Shown: piece after piece, positions 1-9,973 of the stretch
Numbering within the stretch: position 1 is the first letter of the stretch
Layout of the letters: the number at the start of each line of letters is the position of its first letter
Source of the DNA: Nostoc sp. DedSLP01
GTDB taxonomy: Bacteria; Cyanobacteriota; Cyanobacteriia; Cyanobacteriales; Nostocaceae
DNA: 64,000 nucleotides
Assembly (NCBI GenBank): GCA_034530875.2
Contig: JAVRCJ020000024.1
Coordinates: 63,048 to 127,047 of the forward strand
Direction of reading: 5' to 3'
Notes under the pieces: model-generated
Told to the model about the DNA's origin: nothing
Database searches by the model: none
Seen by the model: the letters and a program-made list of their open reading frames with translations, nothing else
Program-made: the position numbers and the translations under genes

Positions 1-3000
1 AGGACATTTGCAGCTTGCCAGTTTTCTTCCATCTGTCTGCCTAAAGCGACTGAGGGAATTTCCTCTGGAACATTTTGGACGATATAATCGCGTACCAGTT
101 GCTTACGGGTTAACTCTGGCCCGATCGCTGTTATTTTGCCATTGTTTTGTCTAAAATCTTGCTTGAGAGAAACTGTTGAGCTAGATTCTGAGATTTTGAT
201 TCCATTACCGTTACCATTATTGTTTGGTATGTAATTGTGAATTGTCTCAGCAATCTCTTGAATCGTGGCGTTGGCTAGAGAAGGCGGGTCAATTTTCCCG
301 GCGGCGCCAAATAGCTTGGCGGCTTCTGCGACGACTTCACCGGCTTTGATGGAATCAAGGTTGAGGTCGTCGAGCAATCGCAATTCGGCTGTGATACTTT
401 CTCTGACATATCCTGTTTGTTGGATAATCAGGTCAGTCAGTGAAGAGGCGATCGCATCAGTTGTTTTCGTTAAGCTTGTGGGTATTATAGAAGCTGCTTC
501 ATGACCGTTGGATATGAAACTGCGAATCGTTTCAGCTATCTCTTGAATTGTGGCATTGGCTAAAGCAGGTGGGTCAATTTTCCCAGCCACACCATATTGT
601 TTGGCGGCTTCTGCGACAATTTCACCGGCTTTGATGGAATCAAGGTTGAGGTCGTCAAGCAATCGCAATTCTGCTGTAATACTTTCTCTGACATATCCTG
701 TTTGGCGAACAATCAAGTCTGCTAACAAGAACTCAACACTCTGATTAGTGTTTGTTTCTGCTGGCTTCAGTAACGTAGAAACGGTACTGTGGGAACCATT
801 ACCATTAACTGCATGAGTTATTCTCGCACCATTTTGAGGTGTTGCAGCTAAAGGCAGAGTTTGCATATCGGCTCGGATGACTTCAGCGATAAACTTACCG
901 CGTCGAGCCAGGTAATCTTGCAGTACCTCTGGTGAAGTATGGTTATGTTCGGCAAACAGCGAATAATTCAACAAGCTTTCAGAACCAATTCCCAAGGATG
1001 GAGATGAGTGAGTTGCAGATACAGCAAATGGCCTTTCTACAGGATTGTCGATGAAAATGCGCTCTGAGGCTGGTACAAAAGGACGTACAAGCCGACCTTC
1101 GTAAAGTGCTTCCCAGTTGATGTTATGACCGCGAACAAAGACGTTAGCTAACATCGTATTCAATGACTGGTCAAATCCAGGTTTGGCTTCCACTGGCAGA
1201 CATTCCAGCCCTTGCAACCCGGTGATGTCGTTTACCAATCCTGAGAGTACTTTGCCAGGGCCGACTTCTATGAGGACATCGCATATTTGCTCTAAGGTTT
1301 TCACCAGGGATACGAAGTCTACTTGTGCTAATACCTGATGGGCGAAGTGTTCGCGCAATTGCAATCCTATTGGTGGCTGTTTGCCATCTACAGATGAAAC
1401 TAGGTCTAAGGTAGTGTTCGAGAGTCTATCTGGAATTAGTTCGTATTTGTGTAGATATTGGGCGGCTTCCGAGACAAGTTGAGAATGAAAGGCATGAGAA
1501 ACTGGCAGCTTGTGTGTCCTGATTTCTTCCGCGGCGGCGAGTTCAATGACTTGTTCGATGCTCGATCGCTCGCCAGATATAATTATCTGGTTGGGACTAT
1601 TGATATTGGCGATCGCTACATAGCCATTGACTTGCTTTAACAATTCCTCGGCTTTTACACGGGAGCAAGCAATACTTACCATGCTTCCGCCCTGCTTACA
1701 CGCAGACATAGCGCGTCCCCGAACAGCAGCTAAACGAATCAAAGCTTGCTCGTCAAATGCACCTGCTGCGTGAAAAGCAGTTAGTTCTCCCAGACTATGA
1801 CCGCCGACAGCAACGGGGTTTAATCCTAGATGTTGCAGGTAGCGCATCCAAAGCAAAGAAGTTAAGCAAATAGCTGGTTGAGCGATTTCAGTTTGGGCAA
1901 TTTTCCCTGACCATTCTTCAAGCTGCTCTCCATTGATAGCCCGGTCTACAGGCTGATAAATCGACTCATTAATACCTGGAACACCAATTTCTTGCAGCCA
2001 TTTGTCGGCTCGATTTACTAATTCCTTCGCCCAGCTAAAGCGTTGTACGAGGGTACGGGCCATGTTCAGCTTTTGAGAACCTTGACCGGGGAAGAGAAAA
2101 CCGATACGGCTTGGTTGGACTTTATGGCCGACCCAAATTCCTTGTTGTGAGTTGAGGATGACCTCTCCCTCGGCTAGTGGTTTAGCATTCAACAATTCTT
2201 GCAAGAAAGTCAGACGTTCAACTAACTCATCAGGCGATCGCGCGATAATTGCTGCTCTAACTGGAAGTTCCTGATTGACTTTTTGAGCAAGATGTGATGC
2301 TAAATCGATGAGTTCGCTTAAACTCAAACCTTGGACTTTCGGAAGTAATGCATCTATGCGTTGCAACAAACCTGCAATTGATGCCGCACTCAAGACAAAA
2401 ATCTCTGTTTCTTGAGCAGAAACTAACAAAGCTTCCTCGTCAATTGACGGTTCTAGTTGAGTAGCAGGAGCATCGCCAGATTCTAAAGTAACGTGGCAAT
2501 TGATACCGCCAAATCCCATCGCGGAGACTCCAGCCCTGAGCGTATCTGTTGGCTGGCGAATTTCTCCTTGCATCACCGGGTAAAGAGAACGAGCAGCTTT
2601 GTCAAAGACTTCGCTTGGCTCGTTGCAACCGGCTAATGGCGGTATGACTCGGCGGTTAACAGCCATCACAGCTTTGATGAACCCGCCAATACCTGCTGCG
2701 GCTTTGGTATGTCCGACTAAAGATTTGAAGGAGGTAACACCACAAGAACGGAAATTGGTTTCGCTATCCGCACCCATCGCTAAGGCAATACCTTCTAATT
2801 CGGCGCGATCGCCTACTGGTGTGCCGGTACCATGACCTTCGATAAAATCAACCTGACTTAAGCTGTAACCTGCTCGGTTATAGGCGCGGCGTAGTGCCTT
2901 GGCTTGTCCTTCTCGAGAAGGAGCTGTTAGCCCGCCTTTACCATCAGATGAGATTCCCCAGCCATTCAACACTGCATAGATATAATCGTTATCGGCCCGG

Positions 3001-3878
3001 GCATCTTCTAAGCGCTTCAAAACGACAAAACCAGCACCCTCTCCGGGGATAAAACCACTGGCTTTTTTATCGTAAACGGTCATATCTTTGCTAGTTAAGG
3101 CACCTGTTTTAGCAAATCCTACTAATTCAAAGGTGTCTAAGCTAATATCTACGCCGCCAGCTAGTGCTAAATCGAGGTCGCCATTGCTTAATGCATTAGC
3201 AGCAGTGGCAACGGCAATCAATGAGGAAGAACAAGCGCCGTCTACCGTATAACCACCACCATGAAAGTTAAAGAAGTTACAAATTCTGCCAGCAATAGTG
3301 TTAGAAAGATTTCCAGAAAGTGTGTCTTCGGTGAAGGGCGAGAATACTGATTTGTAGTATTCTTGCATTGCCGTTGTCAGTTCATCTACGACTTGTAATG
3401 GCAAACCCTTGGCTTTTGCGGCTGTCTGTATGACTCGTTCGATAAACGGCCAGCGTAGCCGCATGTTATTAGAGCGTGTTTGTTCGCCTGTTAAGGAGTT
3501 ACCGAGGATGACTCCTGTACGTTCGTTGGGAACATTGGCCTTTGTATAACCTGAATCTTGTAAGGCGGCGATCGCTACTTCTAATGCCAGCCAGTGAGCG
3601 ATATCTGCGGTCTCGACTACAGTTTTGGGAATGCGCTTACTTGCCCAATCAAAATCAAAACCCTCAATCACGGCCATACGTTTGCCGTAGGTTTTGTCTG
3701 GCACCGCCGGGTCTGGATCGTAATAATCTGCAAGTGGTAAACGCTGCACTGGCGATTCTCTAAATTGTCGCCGCCGGGAAAGTATGTTTTCCCAAAGTTG
3801 TCGTAAATCCCTCGCACCAGGATACCAACAACCCATACCAATAACCGCAATTCTAGGTTGAGATATTTCTATTTGCAT
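1..3878 (-). CDS. pksE: Enediyne-type (PksE-like) iterative type I polyketide synthase, 3'-truncated by the window edge (KS-AT-ACP-ACP-start of KR)
   Basis: Not in the ORF track; translated by hand from ATG at 3878: MQIEISQPRIAVIGMGCWYPGA...DIAHWLALE...GVILGNSLTGEQTRSNNMRLRWP (PksE-typical), KS active site GGGYTVDGACSSS, EGHGTGT, GHTKAAAG, AT GHSLG and HAFHS, two LLDDLNLDSIKAGE ACP motifs. Motifs checked along the gene are in one frame. Confidence 0.9.
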   Translation of the reverse strand, partial: MQIEISQPRIAVIGMGCWYPGARDLRQLWENILSRRRQFRESPVQRLPLADYYDPDPAVPDKTYGKRMAVIEGFDFDWASKRIPKTVVETADIAHWLALEVAIAALQDSGYTKANVPNERTGVILGNSLTGEQTRSNNMRLRWPFIERVIQTAAKAKGLPLQVVDELTTAMQEYYKSVFSPFTEDTLSGNLSNTIAGRICNFFNFHGGGYTVDGACSSSLIAVATAANALSNGDLDLALAGGVDISLDTFELVGFAKTGALTSKDMTVYDKKASGFIPGEGAGFVVLKRLEDARADNDYIYAVLNGWGISSDGKGGLTAPSREGQAKALRRAYNRAGYSLSQVDFIEGHGTGTPVGDRAELEGIALAMGADSETNFRSCGVTSFKSLVGHTKAAAGIGGFIKAVMAVNRRVIPPLAGCNEPSEVFDKAARSLYPVMQGEIRQPTDTLRAGVSAMGFGGINCHVTLESGDAPATQLEPSIDEEALLVSAQETEIFVLSAASIAGLLQRIDALLPKVQGLSLSELIDLASHLAQKVNQELPVRAAIIARSPDELVERLTFLQELLNAKPLAEGEVILNSQQGIWVGHKVQPSRIGFLFPGQGSQKLNMARTLVQRFSWAKELVNRADKWLQEIGVPGINESIYQPVDRAINGEQLEEWSGKIAQTEIAQPAICLTSLLWMRYLQHLGLNPVAVGGHSLGELTAFHAAGAFDEQALIRLAAVRGRAMSACKQGGSMVSIACSRVKAEELLKQVNGYVAIANINSPNQIIISGERSSIEQVIELAAAEEIRTHKLPVSHAFHSQLVSEAAQYLHKYELIPDRLSNTTLDLVSSVDGKQPPIGLQLREHFAHQVLAQVDFVSLVKTLEQICDVLIEVGPGKVLSGLVNDITGLQGLECLPVEAKPGFDQSLNTMLANVFVRGHNINWEALYEGRLVRPFVPASERIFIDNPVERPFAVSATHSSPSLGIGSESLLNYSLFAEHNHTSPEVLQDYLARRGKFIAEVIRADMQTLPLAATPQNGARITHAVNGNGSHSTVSTLLKPAETNTNQSVEFLLADLIVRQTGYVRESITAELRLLDDLNLDSIKAGEIVAEAAKQYGVAGKIDPPALANATIQEIAETIRSFISNGHEAASIIPTSLTKTTDAIASSLTDLIIQQTGYVRESITAELRLLDDLNLDSIKAGEVVAEAAKLFGAAGKIDPPSLANATIQEIAETIHNYIPNNNGNGNGIKISESSSTVSLKQDFRQNNGKITAIGPELTRKQLVRDYIVQNVPEEIPSVALGRQMEENWQAANV
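238..742 (-). repeat. Tandem duplicated ACP domains inside the PKS (285-bp period)
   Basis: Near-identical TGYVRESITAELRLLDDLNLDSIKAGE..AEAAK..G.AGKIDPP.LANATIQEIAETI twice; active-site Ser codons at 351-353 and 636-638. Confidence 0.9.
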
Positions 3879-4054
3879 ATCTGTAATTAATCTACTTCCA
3901 ACACAAAATGAAAACTTTGATTCTAATGCTCAAGTTTGATTTTCAAGTTATATGACTCTTCTTGTAGGATGAGCGAGACACCTATCCTCCAAACTCAGCA
4001 GTCTAGAGAGTTTACCCTACAAGAATTAGAGTAGTAATTTATTGCTTGAGTTGC

Positions 4055-4555
4055 CTAACTAGCTATCTTGACCATTTCTTCAAACTTGCGATCGAGCATT
4101 TGCATAATTGTGGAAATCTTTTCATCGGGGAATTGACCTAGCAGTGACGATGGTTTGTCATAAGCAACATGTGTCTTACCATCGTAGTCATCGTAGACAA
4201 ATAGCCTTAATGGAACATAAAGACCAACCGCAGGGTTTTGTTCAAACATTTGATTGGCTATTAATGGGTTACCGATTATGTAAAGCTTGGCCTTTTTATT
4301 TTTACCAGCAAGAGACATGAGTTTGCCATGTTCAATTTGCGAAAAGATGGTAAAACCGCTTTGACCAATCATCGATTCAATACCACTTTTTATTTGTTCA
4401 AACGATTGCTTGGCTGCAATCATTTGTTGAAAAAGTGCGCTGTCAATTTTACCATTGATGGTTTCGATATTATTGGTAACTTCTTCAAATGACTTTTCCG
4501 AAGTAACAATTATACGAGTTGCTGTAAAATTGACGGTTTCTATCACAGTTTGCAT
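4055..4555 (-). CDS. DUF302 domain protein
   Basis: Motifs IDH/IEHGK, IGNPLIA, VGLYVPLRLFVY, YDKPSS typical of DUF302. Confidence 0.8.
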   Translation of the reverse strand: MQTVIETVNFTATRIIVTSEKSFEEVTNNIETINGKIDSALFQQMIAAKQSFEQIKSGIESMIGQSGFTIFSQIEHGKLMSLAGKNKKAKLYIIGNPLIANQMFEQNPAVGLYVPLRLFVYDDYDGKTHVAYDKPSSLLGQFPDEKISTIMQMLDRKFEEMVKIAS

Positions 4556-4692
4556 GACTATTTAACTCTTTTAATCTAGAGGTGTACAATCAATTCCTAC
4601 AGTTACTAAGTCAGATTATTAGGGCGTTGCAGATTGAAAACTCACGCAGAGGCGCAGAGTCGCAGAGAGTAAGAGTTGAGAAGAGTTGATTT

Positions 4693-6615
4693 TTATGTGA
4701 GAACAAAGCGTTCTTGGAGAATGCAAGTACTGAGCATTTTCATCAATGTCGGATCTATAGAACCGAGTTGATTTTCATTCATGTGTGGTATTTGGTCGAG
4801 GAATTGAACTACTGCTGGTTGGTTATAAAAAGGAACAGAAGCAAATGCTGAACTGCGTAAGGTGTCTTGGACAAGTTGGTGTAGAGGTTCGTTTTGCTTC
4901 AATGTGGAAGGCGGGGCAAAAAATGGATGTTTTTTGCGGTTATATACCATATCTGGTAGATAAGGTTTGGCAGCTTCTCGCAATATGTATTTGACATTCA
5001 TGCCACGAATCTTCAATGAAACAGGAATATTGCGCACTGTTTCTACAAGTTCATGGTCTAAAAATGGTAGTCTTCCTTCTGTAGAATGCGCCATTTCTGC
5101 ACCATCTCCCAATATCCTAAATAGGTAGGGTAGAACAGTTTTAGACCATAAATAAAGAGACTGATGAACGGGTTCTCGTTTTGCTAGTTGTCCTTGGACG
5201 TCGATTTCATTGAAGAATATACGATATGCATCTCGCTGGCCAAAGTGAGCTAAAAATTCTGGTGAGTATAGAGAAAGAGATTTGGCATATCCTTTAGCAT
5301 TAGCTTCTATCCAAGTGGGTACAAACCCTAAAAGGCGTTCGATATTAGCCAAAGGTTTGGATATTTCTTCAGGTAAGAAACCGGCTGCGGCGGAGACTTG
5401 GTTGTTACGTTTTAATTCTTCCAAGATATGCTTGATAGTCTGTTCGTCTTGACCTTTGGTGTTGTAACGCAACATGTCCATCAGAAAATGAACGTAGCCG
5501 CCAAAGATTTCATCAGCACCTTCACCTGTAAGTACAACTTTGTAACCTGCTTTTTGTACTGCTCGACTCAAAAGGTACTTAGCAGCAGCGCCAGCATTGA
5601 TACACACCATTTCACAGTGCCAAATGGCGTCTGCAAAATGCTCGGCTAAGTCAGATTGAGTGATGGGGACAATTTCATGGTTTGCTCCAGCTTTGGCTAC
5701 TGCTTCCCGAGCGAAAACTTCTTCGTTGTAGTCTTCGTGGTCGAAGGCGAGGGTAAATGCTGTAATTGGCTCGCTTGTATGGGTGGCCGCAATTCCCAAC
5801 ACCGCAGATGAATCAATTCCGCCACTAACGTGACAAGCTACCGGTACGTCTGCTCTTAACCGCAGTCGTATAGACTCGTTTAAACTATGGCGAACTTGTT
5901 GAATATAATCTTCTTCGCTTTGTTGGGGTTGTACATCGTTATTGGGGTAATCAAAATCCCAATAACGATGCAGTTGGATATTAGTACGAGATGCGAGTAG
6001 AAAATGTCCGGGTGGTACTTGATATATGTTTTTGAAGAAAGTCCGATCTGGGCTGAAGAGTCCGAGATCGGCTCTAAACCAAAATTCGCTATCCCAGTTA
6101 GCCGGAACGCCCGCAGCAAATAAAGCTTTGACTTCTGAAGCCAAGTACAGTGTATCGCCATGCATAGTGTAGTACAGAGGCTTGATGCCAAAGCGATCGC
6201 GCGCTGCAAACAATGTTTGATTGCGCTCATCCCAGATAACAAAAGCAAATTCACCCCGCAAATGATGGAGACATTGAGTGCCAAACTCGTTATATAGATG
6301 AATCGCAATTTCGCTGTCAGAGTGGGTTTGCAGCTTATATCCTTTTTGCTTTAAGTCCTGCTGTATCCTCTCAAAGTCATAAAACTCTCCATTGGCAACA
6401 ATATGGAGTGTGCCATCTCGATCGCTTATTGGTTGGTCTCCACTAGTGAGGTCAATAATACTAAGCCTTCTATGTCCTAACCCGACTCTGCCATCTTCGG
6501 AAATCCAAACCTTCTGTGCGTCAGGGCCTCTATGATGTAGGCTATCTATTCCTCGCTTCAAAGAGGTTTCGGAAATTGGTTCCTGTCTTGAGAACAATGC
6601 TACAATCCCACACAT
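4693..6615 (-). CDS. asnB: Asparagine synthase (glutamine-hydrolysing)-like amidotransferase, cluster-associated
   Basis: N-terminal MCGI, HRGPD, RLSIID, NGE, RDRFGIKPL, SGGIDSS, TGEGADE, RLPFLD; AAGGAG RBS. Confidence 0.92.
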   Translation of the reverse strand: MCGIVALFSRQEPISETSLKRGIDSLHHRGPDAQKVWISEDGRVGLGHRRLSIIDLTSGDQPISDRDGTLHIVANGEFYDFERIQQDLKQKGYKLQTHSDSEIAIHLYNEFGTQCLHHLRGEFAFVIWDERNQTLFAARDRFGIKPLYYTMHGDTLYLASEVKALFAAGVPANWDSEFWFRADLGLFSPDRTFFKNIYQVPPGHFLLASRTNIQLHRYWDFDYPNNDVQPQQSEEDYIQQVRHSLNESIRLRLRADVPVACHVSGGIDSSAVLGIAATHTSEPITAFTLAFDHEDYNEEVFAREAVAKAGANHEIVPITQSDLAEHFADAIWHCEMVCINAGAAAKYLLSRAVQKAGYKVVLTGEGADEIFGGYVHFLMDMLRYNTKGQDEQTIKHILEELKRNNQVSAAAGFLPEEISKPLANIERLLGFVPTWIEANAKGYAKSLSLYSPEFLAHFGQRDAYRIFFNEIDVQGQLAKREPVHQSLYLWSKTVLPYLFRILGDGAEMAHSTEGRLPFLDHELVETVRNIPVSLKIRGMNVKYILREAAKPYLPDMVYNRKKHPFFAPPSTLKQNEPLHQLVQDTLRSSAFASVPFYNQPAVVQFLDQIPHMNENQLGSIDPTLMKMLSTCILQERFVLT

Positions 6616-8180
6616 TTGCTGATTCTCCTTTGAAAAATTTTGAGATAGTTTGAATGTTTTGGCGTCAAAACATTATTTAGTGGATGAAATCATAATATTG
6701 AGAAAAACATTAGGTGTTAAAACGGTTGTGTTGTAAGGCTTTGGGAAAAGCTAAAGTTTTTGTGAAAATTACAGGCGATCGGAAAATCTAGAGTTATCGT
6801 ATTAACTGTCGGAATCAAAGATTAACATCTACCCTTAAATCAAAGTCTTTCCATTGCTTTGTAGTAGTTAAAAAATTTTTGCAATTTACTAATTGAACCT
6901 GCTTGCAAGCGAGCTCAAAATTCCTTGACTGTTCTAGATAGTAACTGAATTTGGCGAATGGAAAGTAAATTCTTCGGGTGAAGAAAAAGCCAAAATCACT
7001 GTACCATTTTTTCCAATCAATTCAACAGAGATTTGCTTATTTTTTGAAATATTCCAAATCACTCGCCTAATTTGATATTAGCCCAAAGGATGATTTTCCT
7101 GGTTCTATATGGTTGTCAATTCTTCTAATTAGGTTACATACCTTAGCTTGTGAGTAGTTGATGAGAAACCTACGCATAAGTAAGTAACCCATTTTCTTAG
7201 TCAGAAAAGCACAGAGATAATATTTGTAGACTCTACAAAAGTTGTTCAATTAACTTTGATAGGGTTAGCCCTATCAAGCTAGTTTTCATTAATCTCGAGC
7301 TTAATAATTGTCTAAGCCAATTTCGGATTGCTGTAAATATCAAAGCTTCTAAAGTCCTTTATTATAACTAGATTTTTCTACAAGATAAATACTCATTAAT
7401 CTGAGATTAATGACAATGTTTGATAGAAAAAGCAAGGATTAAAAGGCTGGTTTTGAAAACCGTTGGAAAAGTACAAAGCTTCTTTAAAGCTCGATAGCTA
7501 TAACTCAACAGCATTACTTCTGTTTATTATTCACAACCAGCAATTAGGATAATAGTACCCTTAAGGGTACTTTTTTTGCTGTATGCAATGCTGGCCTTTA
7601 ATGGAAAGTGTTGAAACTCTATCACTGATTAATTTGTAGCCAATAGCTTATTTAGGATTTATAGGAAACCTATGAGAACGACTAACACTAAATCAGCTTT
7701 AGAAAGCTAGTCTGGGATCAAACCCTGTCTATCAAGTTTAACCTCGTTTAATCTTTGCGATCGCAGAATACGACAATTTTGGTCTTTGTAAATTTAGGAA
7801 AGGTTAACATTAAAGTAAATTTTGGTTTTTTCTAAACTCAAGGCTAAATGTAAACAAATGTAACTAGATATGAATTTTTAGTAACAAAAGGATCGAGATC
7901 GACTCAATGGCAAATAACAAAATACTGTTTTGTTATACATAGCGATCGAGCTACCCGCAATCAATAAGTATGTTAATAATTTAACACTCTTAAAAAATTA
8001 GACATTTAAATAATAATTAAAATAAAGGCTTTTAACTGCCTAATTCTAAAATTATACGTAGTGTATTAGTCAAAAAATAAACTAAATATTTAGTTGTTGC
8101 ATTCGAGCATACAGCGATCCTAAATGGCTAGATAACAGCTTTTAAAGGTCAGGGCAAGCTCAATGGTCAATAAATTTAGC

Positions 8181-8210
8181 TTGACAATTAGCGGTTAGTT
8201 GTATATACAC
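8181..8210 (+). promoter_or_regulatory. Putative marR promoter (TTGACA-N17-TATACA) overlapped by palindromic operator TTGTATATACAC
   Basis: Consensus -35 at 8181-8186; perfect palindrome TGTATATACA at 8200-8209. Confidence 0.55.
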
Positions 8211-8237
8211 TTAATTTATGGTTATTAAAACCTGTTT

Positions 8238-8702
8238 ATGGAAAAGCAAGTTAATCGGTTAGATTTAGCTCAACTGATTGCGATTGAAAATACCTGCGCC
8301 TGCTTCAATCTGCGTAAAGCATCGAGAGCAGTCACGCAACTTTTTGATGAGAAGCTAGAGCCAACTGGTTTGCTGGTTACCCAGTTGACGCTTTTAGTTG
8401 CTATCTCAATTCTCGGCTCAGTCACAATGAGCGATTTAGCCGAAGGTTTAGTCATGGATAGAACTACCCTGACGCGAAATCTCAAGCCTCTCGAAAGGGA
8501 AGAAATGATTCAAATTAATCCTGGCGACGATCGCCGGGTGCGAATGATAACCTTGACGGATAAGGGACGCTCTATTTTGGCGCAAGCATTACCACTATGG
8601 CAACAAGCCCAAGCTCATATAGTCGAGAGCTTAGGCGAGGAAACTTTTAATTTGATGCTGTCGAGCTTAACTGCTACGGTTTCCATAGCTCGGAAAGGCT
8701 AA
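8238..8702 (+). CDS. MarR family transcriptional regulator
   Basis: CACFNLRKASRAVTQLFD, MDRTTLTRNLKPL, DRRVR winged-helix motifs. Confidence 0.92.
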   Translation: MEKQVNRLDLAQLIAIENTCACFNLRKASRAVTQLFDEKLEPTGLLVTQLTLLVAISILGSVTMSDLAEGLVMDRTTLTRNLKPLEREEMIQINPGDDRRVRMITLTDKGRSILAQALPLWQQAQAHIVESLGEETFNLMLSSLTATVSIARKG

Positions 8703-8719
8703 TTTTTTTTGGATAAAAC

Positions 8720-8731
8720 GTGTATATCCAC
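8720..8731. promoter_or_regulatory. Second copy of putative MarR operator (GTGTATATCCAC) upstream of the devB-like gene
   Basis: 11/12 match to palindrome GTGTATATACAC, as is the copy at 8199-8210. Confidence 0.5.
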
Positions 8732-8754
8732 CTAATAAAAGGTCGAGTATTTTT

Positions 8755-9873
8755 ATGTTTGAGCAAGAAGTATCTTTAACTCCTGAGAAAAACCATAGAC
8801 CCTCGCTCAAACCTATAGTGCAGTGGGCTGGCATTTTAGGAGCGATAGCAGCATTAGGGATAGGTGGATTTGTAGTTTGGAAAGTCAGTTCCCAAAGTGC
8901 GGTTGAAAATCAGACTGCGATACCTGCTTCTTTACCTAAAGCAGAAAAAGTTGTAGAGACAATAACTGCTTTAGGACGTTTGGAACCACACGGTGAAGTC
9001 ATTCAAGTCTCAGCACCCACTTTTTTAGAAGGCGCACGGGTTGAGAAACTTTTGGTGGAAGATACAGATTGGGTAAAATCCGGTCAGGTGATAGCAATCC
9101 TCGATCGCCGCGAACGCTTGGAAGCTGCTTTTAAACAAGCTCAAAGACAAGTTGAAGTAGCCCAAGCACACCTAGCACAGGTAAAAGCTGGAGCCAAACA
9201 GGGAGATTTAGCAGCCCAAAAAGCAACCATCGCTCGGTTAGAAGCAGAATTACGCATTGCCGAAACAGAACATCAACGGTACAAATTTCTCCAACAAGAG
9301 GGAGCTATCTCTGCTTCACTGCTAGATTCAAAACGCCAAATCGTCGAAACAATTCAAGGACAGCTCAATCAAGCTAAATCTACCTTAACTAGCATTGCAG
9401 AAGTTCGTCCGACTGATATTCAAGAAGCTCAAGCAGAAATTGCCAGTGCTGTAGCATCGGCGCAAAAAGCCAAAGCCGACTTAGAAACCGCCTTTGTCAC
9501 CGCACCGCAGAACGGTCAAGTTTTAAAAATTCATACTCGTGCGGGAGAGATGGTTGGAGCCAAAGCGATCGCAGATATAGGGCAAACTAGCCAAATGGAC
9601 GCCATCGCCGAAGTTTACGAAAACGATCTTGCGAAAGTGAAAATAGGTCAAAAAGCTACGATTACCAGTATTAACAAAGCCTTCCCTGGAAAACTCCAAG
9701 GAACTGTATACCGAATTATTCCTCAAATTGGCAAGCGGGATGTCCTCAATGACGACCCAGCAGCAGCAGTGGATGCCAGAGTTGCCGAAGTCAAAATCCG
9801 TTTGTTACCGAAAGATAGCAAGCGAATTATGGGTTTGATCAATCTGAAAGTAGAAGTAGCGATCGCTCCTTAA
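8755..9873 (+). CDS. devB: DevB-family ABC exporter membrane fusion protein (paralogue)
   Basis: N-terminal TM, TALGRLEPHGEVIQVSAP, coiled coil, AEVYEND, DARVAEVKIRL. Confidence 0.85.
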   Translation: MFEQEVSLTPEKNHRPSLKPIVQWAGILGAIAALGIGGFVVWKVSSQSAVENQTAIPASLPKAEKVVETITALGRLEPHGEVIQVSAPTFLEGARVEKLLVEDTDWVKSGQVIAILDRRERLEAAFKQAQRQVEVAQAHLAQVKAGAKQGDLAAQKATIARLEAELRIAETEHQRYKFLQQEGAISASLLDSKRQIVETIQGQLNQAKSTLTSIAEVRPTDIQEAQAEIASAVASAQKAKADLETAFVTAPQNGQVLKIHTRAGEMVGAKAIADIGQTSQMDAIAEVYENDLAKVKIGQKATITSINKAFPGKLQGTVYRIIPQIGKRDVLNDDPAAAVDARVAEVKIRLLPKDSKRIMGLINLKVEVAIAP

Positions 9874-9973
9874 TTCTGGCAGTGAAAGTAATATGTTTTC
9901 TCAATTTCAGGAGTGTAAAAACTCTAAATTGTATTTTCTCAAGAATGAAACTTAAATTAACTTATGTAATGCA

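Noticed and set aside
265..3850. Short ORFs listed within 1-3878 (265..504, 550..744, 1458..1640, 2599..2835, 3542..3763, 3668..3850)
   Set aside because: Antisense or off-frame shadows of the PKS; the similarity of the first two simply mirrors the ACP duplication
1..3878. Heterocyst glycolipid synthase (HglE/PfaA) identity for the PKS, suggested by tandem ACPs and the devBCA neighbours
   Set aside because: KS motifs (HWLAL, TGE.TR.N.MRLRWP, GGGYTVDGACSSS) and LDDL.L.SI ACPs fit PksE better than the Pfa/Hgl D.ACASS and DLGIDSI patterns; phylogeny is still needed
6616..8180. Hidden genes in the asnB-marR gap (e.g. 7067..7249)
   Set aside because: AT-rich with only short frames, no recognisable motif or RBS
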